NCBI GenBank assembly: GCA_030295235.1
Contig: AP026123.1
Coordinates: forward strand, 2,046,001-2,110,000
Reading direction: 5' to 3'
DNA: 64,000 nucleotides
Origin: Fistulifera solaris
Taxonomy: Eukaryota
Position numbers and translations under genes: made by a program. The notes beneath the pieces were generated by a model. The model was given only the letters and a program-made list of their open reading frames with translations. It made no database searches and had not been told where the DNA came from. The first letter of the stretch is position 1; each line of letters begins with the position of its first letter. Shown here in pieces: positions 37,739 through 47,720 of the stretch.

Positions 37739-38264
37739 ATTCTTGTCTGGTTCTTGAGCTGATTATGTTGGTCAGCTGGAAAATACTGTTTGAAACAAGC
37801 GACTTATTGTGTTGCAAAAGGAAAAGAGAACAAACAGCTTGCAAGTTGGCGGACGCGAGGAAACGCAAACAAAAAGGCTTCCAAGCTCAACTGCGCATGA
37901 AGCATGAAGCCAAGGCAATCAAGCTGCCGACCAATGCCTAAGAAGAAAACGTGAACCACGTTTTTGATTGTCGGTAGGACACGCGAATTTTAGCTTGCAT
38001 CGTCTTGCATCTCGCGCGCGCCTCGCGCTTGACGTGAATAATAGCCTTAACCTTACTAAGGAGTACTAAGGAACAGTCCGGAATTCGAAGCGACGCATTA
38101 TTTTTTGCTTGCGCTCTTGCGCTTTCTTCACTTCATAGCGTCATTTATCGGTGTTTGCTCTTGTTCTATACCTCAAACACATGACATTGGGCAAGAAAGG
38201 ACAACCGTCTCTTCGAATTTACGTCCAATTGATTGTCTTCCTTGCACTATTTACGAAAAAGCCA

Positions 38265-39373
38265 ATGAATAGCGTGGTAGCTCATGCGATCTCATCATCA
38301 ACCCGACGAGTGGCTTCCGCTTCTACGAATGTGATAGTTCGTGAAGTGACCTTGCCGGTATGTTTAGCTTTACCTTGAACTGTTGCTATATCAGCTAGTG
38401 GCTTGTACGTATTCTGACAGATCCAACTCTCTTGGTCTTCAATCCACAGTGCGGCGACGGAATAACGATCGCGGGGCAGTTGTATACTTCGGCAAACAAC
38501 AATTCGCTGAAAACAAAAGAGCAACCTCATCGAGTGTTGTGTTTACATGGTTGGCTCGACAACTGTCAGTCATTTTCCCGATTAGCACCTCATTTGGTGG
38601 AACACTATTCGTCCTCCGCGCCAAGAGATATGGAGCTCGTCGCAATCGACTTTCCTGGACATGGAAAGTCATCACACAAACCTGTCGACGGACCACAAGT
38701 AGTTCTTTCCGAAATGATTTATTATGTAGCGGAAGCTGTACGGCAGCTGGAATGGACCCAAGAAACGGAAAAGTTTAGTCTTATTGGTCATAGCATGGGA
38801 GCATCAATTGCCTCGTTGTATGCCGCTTCCTTTCCTGAACAAATTCGCAGTTTAGTCCTTCTTGACGGTGCCGGACCACTCTCGAGACCCGCTCGTGACA
38901 TTGCAAAACACGTGCGACAGCACGTGCTAAGAAGACAAACTGTATCGAATAAGCCCCCGCGCGTTTATCCATCCATTGAACAGGCTATTGAAACGCGCTG
39001 TCAAACAGCAAGAAATTTTCCTGGAAATCAATGGCTCAGTACGGAGGCCGCACGTGATATGGTGGAGCGTGCGACAATTGTAGAAGAGTCGGGTGGAGTA
39101 CGATTTGTTCACGATCCGCGGATGCAGTGGCCTTCTGTGCAATATTTTACCGATGAACAAACGATCTCTGTATTTAAAGACATACAATGTGCCACGGCTC
39201 TTCTTTTGGCAAAGGATGGTTGGCCATTTCCTGACGATCAGTTGAAACAAGTGCTAAATGTACTACTCCCTACGAAGTTTGAGAAACTGCCGGGGAGTCA
39301 TCATTTCCATGCGGATCCCGACAGTTATCAAAACGTTGGAGAGGAGATCGTCACTTTCTTGCTCGAGAACTAG
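38265..39373 (+). CDS. Alpha/beta hydrolase, serine hydrolase-like (intron 38358-38449)
   Basis: LHGWLDN, DFPGHGKS, nucleophile GHSMG, GSHHFH. Arg/Ser-rich N-terminus resembles a mitochondrial presequence. Confidence 0.9.
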
Positions 39374-39486
39374 ATATAAAATATTAATTTGTAAATAGTG
39401 GTCCTTATCGCTTTGTTGTTAAGTTGTTACCTGTCACAAGTACCTTAAAGAATGCAAGTACATTTCTAAAATTCACACACAAATTT

Positions 39487-40029
39487 CTATGATGATTCAG
39501 CTTCGACAGGAGGCGGTGGAAAGGAACCATTCTCAATTTTCTCCAAGGTCCCTGGAAGTCCTACCAGGATTATTTTATCCTTGTCTCGCGCTTGAATCAA
39601 CTCAATTCCTTGACTGGCGCCGCTCTGTACGGCAAACTTCTTGAGCTCTGCAAATGTTTCTTCGAGAGGTATCCGGCTATTGTTGACTTTAACCTTAACT
39701 ACGGTGTGAGCGTTCAGTAGTTCACGGAGAGAATTTCCATGAGAGAGAGCCGTGCCTTTTGAACCGATTCGAACCATTGGCTTTTTCACGCTGCGCCAAG
39801 TTCGTTCGAGAGCACTGAGCTCCCGGGCAGTTTCAGACGGATTCTCGTAAAAAGTATCCACATTGTCACTAAACTGTAATATCGTACTTGTTTCTGTATG
39901 AAAGATTATCTGTTGTGCAATTTTTCGATGTTGAATGGGTTGTAACACGAAGGCCGATAGACTTGTAACAAGTTGGAGTACCAAGAAGCACCATTCGATG
40001 CTTCTAGAAGCTTTCCCGTATATCGTCAT
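39487..40029 (-). CDS. CRM (CRS1/YhbY) domain RNA-binding protein, probably plastid-targeted
   Basis: KPMVRIGSKG...SLRELLNAHTVVKVKVN. Signal peptide followed by an ASAFAP-like SLSAFVL. Confidence 0.75.
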   Translation of the reverse strand: MTIYGKASRSIEWCFLVLQLVTSLSAFVLQPIQHRKIAQQIIFHTETSTILQFSDNVDTFYENPSETARELSALERTWRSVKKPMVRIGSKGTALSHGNSLRELLNAHTVVKVKVNNSRIPLEETFAELKKFAVQSGASQGIELIQARDKDKIILVGLPGTLEKIENGSFPPPPVEAESS

Positions 40030-40557
40030 TGTCTTCTTTCGGTCTTTTAGATGTATTGATGATAGCGGGAAGCTTTATGTTCTCTTCATTAAGATACTAT
40101 AGAACTAGTATCGGTGACACCACGCTTTTCAAAGAAAATGGAGAGAAGAGAAAAAACAAGCGGTTGCGCGAAGCTTTATTTGCGAAAAAAAATTGCGCGG
40201 GCTTTGATGATGAGCGGACGAAGGCAAGACAGCATACTCTAACAATCGCATCGTTGATCATCTCAAGTAACCTAAAATAACTAAGGCTATCACTGTTCAC
40301 GTAAAATGTACCCTACCAGGTGCAAGTACCTAAGAACTCTCGAAACAGTAATCGTAGATCGACTCAGCGGAAGATAAAGGTGTGAAAACAAGCCCACTCA
40401 GTCTATGGTACAAGTACAAGTTTTTGTGGTAAGGTAGGGTATGACGTAGAGTCGGCCTCGTCAACTTCCTTCTCGGATCCGGCTCCGAAGCTAAAATAAT
40501 CGTCGATCGGCATGTGCTTTACGTGATAAAGTTAATGCGGGAACTTCTAAAGACACG

Positions 40558-41562
40558 TTACAGGTCAAGGTTCCCAAAATCCATGCCGTCATCGCCATCC
40601 AAGTCCAAATCGAAGAGAGCGTCGTCATCCATTAGGTCAAAACCATCGGACGACAACATACTAGCCGCCGCTTGCGTAACTTCATCCACCAAACTGTTAT
40701 CTTCCGCAATGGCTTTCTTTAATGCACCTTGTTGTTTCTTCTCTTTTCGTTTGGCAGCCTTTTTACTTGTCAGTTCCTCTTTCATCCTCCTTTCTTCGTC
40801 CTCGACTTCTTTCATTTCTTGAATTACTGAAGGCTTCAACCATATTTCGGGATGAAGACTACAAAGTTGGCTGTCAGTGTCAAATTCAATTCCAAGCGGT
40901 TGTTTTCCAAAATCGCTCATCCAGGGCTCGTAATCTACCACTTCCTCCTCCACTTCTTCCAAAACTTTAGTGGCAGATGTCAATGTCGGTACTTTCGTAG
41001 CTTTATTTCGTTTCCCCTTGTCATCTCTAGCCAACTTCTCCATTAGTTCTAGTAACTCCGTCTCGACATAAGCTGACGCTGATCTTGGCGGCGGCATCGC
41101 TTTGTGCTCTCGTGCGGCAAAACGCCTTTCCACAATCCTTCGCGTCGGAGGAGTGAGACCGGAATGGTAATAGTTAAATCCTTCTGGTGGTTTCTCCTCT
41201 GCTTCTTCGAGTGCCATATCGTCTTCGTACACAATCAGCATTTGCGCGATATCAACGCTTTTGATGTAAATGGCGTGATCGTGTGTTTTATGCAGTTCCA
41301 CCGGGCAAGGCAGGTTCACCAGCTTGGCTGGATAGGTCGCTCCATCGCAATGAAAATTCCACAAAGTACCGTTCCTCGCAGCTGTTGGCTCACAACTCAC
41401 ACCCTCCAAGTCTAAATATAAGTCTTTTGCAGTGGCACCTGTGGCTGTACTGGCGGCGGCATCTTCCATATCTTTCATTTTATCTCGCAAGCGCGCTTCC
41501 AGACCTGGAACCAAAACGCGTAGCACCAACGTGCGATCGCGGATAGGAGCTCGGTCGTTCAT
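40558..41562 (-). CDS. TAF7: TFIID subunit 7 (TAFII55 N-terminal domain)
   Basis: YPAKLVNLPCPVELHKTHD...KSVDIAQMLIV...HSGLTPP. Confidence 0.9.
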   Translation of the reverse strand: MNDRAPIRDRTLVLRVLVPGLEARLRDKMKDMEDAAASTATGATAKDLYLDLEGVSCEPTAARNGTLWNFHCDGATYPAKLVNLPCPVELHKTHDHAIYIKSVDIAQMLIVYEDDMALEEAEEKPPEGFNYYHSGLTPPTRRIVERRFAAREHKAMPPPRSASAYVETELLELMEKLARDDKGKRNKATKVPTLTSATKVLEEVEEEVVDYEPWMSDFGKQPLGIEFDTDSQLCSLHPEIWLKPSVIQEMKEVEDEERRMKEELTSKKAAKRKEKKQQGALKKAIAEDNSLVDEVTQAAASMLSSDGFDLMDDDALFDLDLDGDDGMDFGNLDL

Positions 41563-42119
41563 CTTGTTATCTTAGAAGAAATCCAATGAGAAAGCTGACA
41601 AATTAATTGTTTAGGTTGTGTGTAAAAACGAATATAAGAACTGAGAGGATCATTGCAGCGCGGCAGGGGCCATGAGAAAAAGCAAATGAAAAGGAAAGCG
41701 CATTACGGTTTTGAACGGCGGTCTCTCACGAAAGGAAAGTGATCCAGCTGGTTTTTGCAGCGGTACATAACCAGTATGAGTAAAAGAGTACAATTATTAA
41801 AAGTCTTTATAATGCATAAAATTGCACTTTTTCTCGTCCGGGTTTTACCCGGACATCAAACAAACGCTTAAATATACAGAGAAGATTAGCATGGTCTCTG
41901 AACTAAGAATGACACGCAAATCGAAGAGAAGCGAACCTTTTTTTGTGTTTCATCGATTACTAAGACTGTGATAAAGCTAGTTTTTGGTTTTGCAAGCTTT
42001 GGATCATTATATTAGACTAGGATCCTCCCTATAGTGCAGACGCGTGCTACCTAGGACCTAAGTTTCGAACCCGATAAGAGCTAAGGTACCAGGACAAGAA
42101 AAGGTGACCACACACCCCC

Positions 42120-43345
42120 TTAGTTTCGAATCTCTCGAACCGGAACGGTCTTCAAGCATTTGTCCCCAATGCCGCCACAACTCAAAAATGGTCGGTCTTC
42201 CAAATGTTCATCTCCCCAGCACGATACGGTAGGCCGACATCGCGAACAAACCAGCACCAAGATGCGACATTGAAAACATCGAGACGCGCAACCTTCGGCG
42301 GGTGCATGACCATTATCATAATCGTCGTGGGGTTCCTTGCATATAAGACATGATCCCGTAATAGTATCTCCGTGTACTGGATCTGTACGACGCAAGTCAA
42401 AGACAAAGTTCTTGCCTTCAAATTGATTGACGAGTGTATCGCTTGTAGACGCCGCTTCCAAATACTTTTGAATGCCTCCGTGCAATTGATAAATCTGAGG
42501 CTTTGTCTTCACTCCAGAGGATTTGGCATCATTGCGCTCTTCCAACAACTGATCAAGAAATTGGGTTGCTCGTTCACATCGCACACCACCAGTACAGAAA
42601 GAGAAGATATGACTGCATTTGGCCAAACGATCAATTTGATCGATAAAAACCTGGGGTAATTCGGAATATTGACGCGTGTTGGTCAGTAAAGTAGTAGAGT
42701 TGGGGTAACGAAAATAGCCCACGTTACTTTCGTATACATTGCGACAGTCTAGAAGAACAACGTCGTTTTTGTCGTCGCCGGTAAGGGTAAATAATTTTGT
42801 ATTCCATTCTTCTGGAGATAAATGAGGAGCAGGGTGCTTTCCATGTGAAGCTTGCTCGATACTCTTTTGATAAATAGATGAAATGGTTGTCGATTCCGGT
42901 TGGCTCTTGTCGTTGCGTTCTCCATTCTTCAAGCGAAGGACACGATCACAATCGATGCTTGTCTGCTTCGCTAGGTCAAAAGGGATACGACTTGATCGGT
43001 GGGACGAATGGATATTGATTTGAACAGCTGTGATTCTATAGACAGGTCCGTTCGCAAATGGCAGTACTTCATGTCGAGGTCCCAATTCGTACCATCCGAT
43101 CTTGAACTCATCAGTTCAATCAAAGATTCTTTTAACTCTTGTTCGTAGTGAATCAGATTCGATTGAGTGCCGGAAAGAACTCCATTGATGCCTTCCGCTG
43201 CTACACGTATCCGACCACACAAATCCAAGCGACCACAAATTTCTTCATGAAAGGCAATGTGATCTTGGACTCCTTCTCCGATAGGAATATAACAATAATA
43301 TAGCGCTATGCGAAAAAGGTCATGTTTCGTCGGCGCAGTCTCCAT
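42120..43345 (-). CDS. UPF0176/TrhO-like rhodanese-domain protein (TSTD2-like); frameshift ~42978
   Basis: LYYCY...GRIRVAAEGINGVLSG; HLSPEEW; LLDCRNVYESNVGYF; FCTGGVRCERA; YQLHGGIQKYL; FEGKNFVFDLR; C-terminal Cys cluster. Confidence 0.9.
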
Positions 43346-43541
43346 AGCGAAATACTAAAAAGGTAAAGAGGCGAGTTACGATGCGAAGTGAAAGAGCTTG
43401 TTTTCAATGGTGAAATAATGTGGCGTGGCGTGTCTCTTGCGCGTGTCGGCGTTTTTCTGCGGTGTTCGCGCTCATGGATGCGCTTGCTTTTTCAGTACCA
43501 TTAAGGTTAGAGTCAATAAAGTCACGTATATCCCTAATAAT

Positions 43542-43621
43542 CCTAAACTGCCACTTTCTGGCAGTTTAGGGCTTCGCTAAATTATCGCCAAAACCTAAAC
43601 TACCAGAAAGTGGCAGTTTAG
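43542..43621. repeat. Two inverted copies of a 29-bp hairpin unit
   Basis: CCTAAACTGCCA-ctttc-TGGCAGTTTAGG (perfect 12-bp stem, 43542-43570) and its near-exact reverse complement at 43594-43621. Confidence 0.95.
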
Positions 43622-44316
43622 CACGTTTTCGACCAATAAAACAGTTACAATTGTAAGATAATCGATTCTTTTTCGCGATTTATTTCCCGAAAATCCGAAA
43701 AGTGAAACGTTTCGTTTTGGTGCCTGCTCGATGATGAAGGGGGGGTATGGGGGGTGAGGTTTTTGAAGTCATCATTATTTTTTAGGCTATTTTTAGGCTG
43801 TTTACTATTGTCCGGAATGTTCTAGAAAAATCGCGCAAGGTTTTTTCGACTACTTTAGGGTAATATAGTCATTTTCGGTCATTAATAAGAAAGGTACTGA
43901 TTTGTATCAGTATAGGCAGCTAAATTATTTTAAAAAAATATTGAACAGCCTATCTAGTATCGCCTTTATTTTATCATGACAGCTTAGAAAATTGTATTCT
44001 GATGAAATAGTAACTTAAGTTTTGAAGCTATAGATACTGTAGTGTAGGGAAAATATAAATAATGACTTCTCTTCTTTCTAATTACAGTACAAATACAGCC
44101 TATTTCTTCGGGTTCCATGTTCCATGAACCATGAATGATCCGTGATTCTACGAGTTTCTCATTTTGATGTTCTCTTTTTTTTGTTTCTTCATCGCGGTTG
44201 TCGTTTATCGTGTTGAAGTCGTAACATCGTAGCATGTAATTCGGAATCGTGCGTTCTCTTTTATTTATTCAATGATACTTTGATTTGAAAGGTTCTAGAT
44301 TTAGACGACGAGTATT

Positions 44317-44706
44317 ATGATTAGCTCTACCAAGAAAAATAGAATCCGACAAGCGATAAAAACGAAGCTCGCGAAGTCTCTGTTTCTAGATATGGATGGT
44401 GCGTCTGTAATTGCTAAAAAGAAAGCATGTTGTATTAGCGACACGCAACTAGATCATCGAAATGCAGCTATGATATCTTTGAAGGCCTTATCAGATAGGG
44501 ATTGGTTTACGCCTGATTCTTCGTTAGGTGTACCAATTCCATTTTTCAAGAAAGAGTACGAGCTTCCTGCAGATGTTGTGTCAAGACTATCTATCGAAGA
44601 AAGAAGGCTGCTATCTAAAGTTATTATATCCCCGCGAACGTGCTTTCAAAGGGAGAATCATTCTTTAAATTTATCAATATGTAACTCATGTCAAAAATCG
44701 TTGTAG
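44317..44706 (+). pseudogene. Truncated ORF resembling the Cys-motif region N-terminal to DUF6570/Rep in Helitron-type proteins
   Basis: CCISD...LLSKVIISPR...ICNSCQKSL*, AT-rich codons. The similarity is recalled, not computed. Confidence 0.4.
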
Positions 44707-44917
44707 CTCTTCCGGGTCATTCCGACAATGTCGATAACGCATATTTCGTAGTTGTTGATCGGTGCAGTATTCATAGGTAGGATCGTTATCGACACATTCA
44801 TGCTCAAGAGCAATTTCAGCCATAGTTTTTGACATTCGTGTCTGATCGGACAAACGGGAATGAACGTTAATATCGAAGCAAGATGTACTGACATTCCCAA
44901 CGAGAACAAGAGAAGAC

Positions 44918-45310
44918 ATGTTGCGCGACCTACGCGACTTTGCCCACTGCATCCAACGAGAATCGCATACAGCCGAAGAGTATCACAATAATTACGAGCC
45001 AGCGACCAATGTAACACTCAAAAAGAACCCAGATGACGGGAATCTCGTCTCACTTGACTTTTACATCACTGATGAAGACATTGTAGATTTCATGGAAGAA
45101 AGACTGCACACCATGCTCGATGAAAACTTTGTTGAAAATCACTACTATCTGGCTTGTGCATTGTTCAACGCCTACCGAACAGACCTTCCCGAAGAACTCC
45201 AACAATACGGTTTTCCAATTGGCAGCCGTTTAATCGACTCCGAATTCGCAACAACTGAACTTGATGCTCGCGACGTATTAGATCGACAACAATATCCAGA
45301 TGAAGATTAA
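44918..45310 (+). CDS. Orphan acidic ORF (130 aa) inside the repeat-bounded island
   Basis: ATG-initiated with globular-looking composition. A/C-rich coding strand unlike neighbouring genes. Confidence 0.35.
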   Translation: MLRDLRDFAHCIQRESHTAEEYHNNYEPATNVTLKKNPDDGNLVSLDFYITDEDIVDFMEERLHTMLDENFVENHYYLACALFNAYRTDLPEELQQYGFPIGSRLIDSEFATTELDARDVLDRQQYPDED

Positions 45311-46079
45311 AAACAATCGAAACAATCTATCTATTTATCTATCTATTTATAATAGCGCGCTGTGTCCGTGTGTGTGTGTGTCACGTAACGTAACGTAACG
45401 CGCTCCCGGGTGTCTGAATCACGGATTTGACGCTATCCCCGGGGATCGAGCCCCCCGCTTGCGGGCCGCTTGCGAACGAAAAGCCCTGCAGGGCTAGACG
45501 CCGAAGGCGGCTATATAATATAACGTCGATATTACATTTTCTCCCATTCATTGTTTCGATCATCACGATTCATTCACGATCAACGATCACTCACGGATTC
45601 ACTTTTCCGCCTCATGCTAGGCGCAAGCCCTAATCTTAGGGTTTCGGCGGCGTACTTCCGAGATCAAACGGACATTTGCAAGCCTGTTTTCTGCTTGCTC
45701 AAAGTTGAGATTTTTCGTCGTCGACCGTTCAGAAGACCAACTTTCGATGAGAAAAGGAAAACAAAGGATCTCTTTTTCTACTTGTTTCTTTCGCTATCCT
45801 CTTTTAAATACTATCTAATAAGAGAATAAGTGAAAAGAATACAAAAGATAAGCTTTTATCTTTCATTGTCGACGTTTATCACTAGAGGATTTTTCAGAAT
45901 TGTAGCTGATATTAATTATAAATTGTAATAGATGCTTTATTTTATTGTAAAAGAATTGCGATTGTTACCTGCTTTTATTTTCGTAAAATCTCCATTGCGC
46001 GCGATCCGAGACATCACGTTGGCAATATTTTTTTGTGCAGTACAAGGTGTACGTGAAAATTACGTAGCCTAACAGGGCG

Positions 46080-46154
46080 TAAACTGCCACTTCTGGTAGT
46101 TTAGGAATCTGTGTAGACGTAGTACAAACCCTACGTCTAAACTGCCACTTCTGG
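46080..46154. repeat. Right-hand copies of the hairpin unit flanking a 9-bp stem-loop
   Basis: TAAACTGCCACTTCTGGTAGTTTAGG (46080-46105); TAGACGTAG-tacaaacc-CTACGTCTA (46114-46139); CTAAACTGCCACTTCTGG (46137-46154). Confidence 0.9.
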
Positions 46155-46492
46155 GCACGGCGTTAAATTATCCGTCAGAGGAACTTGCGCGCACGCCGGT
46201 ATGTCCTGAGTGGTAAGTATCCATATTTTCCGACATGATGATTGATCGTTGGCTTAAGAATAAAACACGATCATAACCGTAATAAATTTTACCTAGACAT
46301 TGAGTAACCTTACCGGGAAACTCTAGGAATAATCCGTAAGACGTCTCAACGGCTATGTCGTGATCTACTTCCGCTAAAAAATCGCTACCTATTTTCCTGC
46401 AAGCAGGGTGCTAAATAGCTCACAAACAGCATCGAAGACATCTTCATGTGCATATTCTACTCTAACATGTGTTACAAGCAATGACCCGGGTC

Positions 46493-47145
46493 TAATATCG
46501 CGTATCCGCGATATTATCCTGGACTCGCGATAATATCGCGGATTTTTATCGCCTATCCGCGATTTTATCCTTGACACGCGATATTCTCTTTAGGATTCCA
46601 AATTCCATCTAGGAATTCTGGCGTCTTTGTGGCTAAATACTCAAATCCACCGTTGAGATCGCATTATTAGAGTTTGTGAATTTACAAAAAGCGAAAGCAA
46701 ACATTCAGAGTCTTTAAGTATGATCGTTACATAGTCACACGCGTTTTCTCCTTCAGATTGACCGTTCTTGTTGCATCTCTCTCATGCTTCGGCTTCCGAA
46801 CAATTCCGTCGAGTGGCAGCGCCACGATGTCAAGATCTTCCAGAACGCGCCTCAGTCGGTCGCCACTTGATATTCTTCTTGCGCCCTGCCATGAAAAGGT
46901 GATCTTATTTAGTAAAAGTGCAGGAGATGTATCTTTGTTGCGCTCGTTGTTGTGCCGGCGATTAGGCGGTGTGGCGCGGTAACCTTACTGCAGAATTGGG
47001 GTGGGTCGAGCGACGATGGAATTTCCTTGCAAAGCCACAGACGGAATCCATTTTATCCCCGCCAGGCGATAATATCGCGGAGATTTATCGCGTATCCGCG
47101 ATATTATCCGCGATTGGGGATAATATTATCGCCGAGTGGCGATAA
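46493..47145. mobile_element. Second small element bounded by GATAATATCGCGGA palindromic repeat clusters (MITE-like)
   Basis: 44-bp units at 46527-46570 and 47066-47109 are 40/44 identical, and each is itself an inverted repeat (GATAATATCGCGGA...TCCGCGATATTATC). Confidence 0.5.
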
Positions 47146-47720
47146 ACACGGAGCCGCAAGATTTTTGCTTGAAACACAAGCATCGTTGCCTATCGTTATT
47201 TACCACCAAGTGCTCTATTTCTGAATTCGAAAATCGCCAAAAATACCGGAGAATCTAGCCTCAAGGCCATTTTTGTTGTACTATTTCAGGCTCTTACAAT
47301 TGGCCTCTTAAGCATACTGTACATGTTTCGTATATAGTTCATCATGTCGTCCCGGCTCCCAAAGCTACACAACGTTTTAGTGTTTTCTCAACCTTGCTGT
47401 TTGCTGTCTAAGGAGTTACGGTTTTCAGGCCATTCCCACGACGGTGAAAGCTGGGATTATCGTCTGCGCGACATTTTAACGCCGTGCCCTGGTAGTTTAC
47501 GAAATTATTAGGGATATAACCAGATTTTCTTTCATAGAGTCGTATGCCGGTAACCTTACAATTTTGCATTTTTATCGTTGCAGCGAGAGATGTGCGATGT
47601 TTGGAGCAATCAAAAGATCCAACAGCTTCATGCATGTAAAGAAGTCCTTTTACTGTGTTAGAAAGCAAGCGAGAACCATTATAACTTGACAAGCCTAACG
47701 TAAGAAAGGATCGACGGGTG

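Larger units (their letters stand above)
43542..46154. mobile_element. Putative non-autonomous DNA element (Helentron/Helitron2-like or MITE-like) bounded by palindromic inverted repeats
   Basis: 43594-43620 (CCTAAACTACCAGAAAGTGGCAGTTTA) is the reverse complement of 46080-46105 apart from one base in a homopolymer. Further copies at 43542-43570 and 46137-46154. AT-rich interior with no housekeeping gene. Confidence 0.55.

Noticed and set aside
43532..46135. Telomere-like words (TTAGGG/CCCTAA, AAACCCTA) in the island
   Set aside because: Only isolated single units with no tandem array, which is not enough to call an interstitial telomere.
43542..47145. Palindromic repeats as a CRISPR array
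   Set aside because: No regular repeat-spacer periodicity, mixed orientations, no cas genes and a eukaryotic context.
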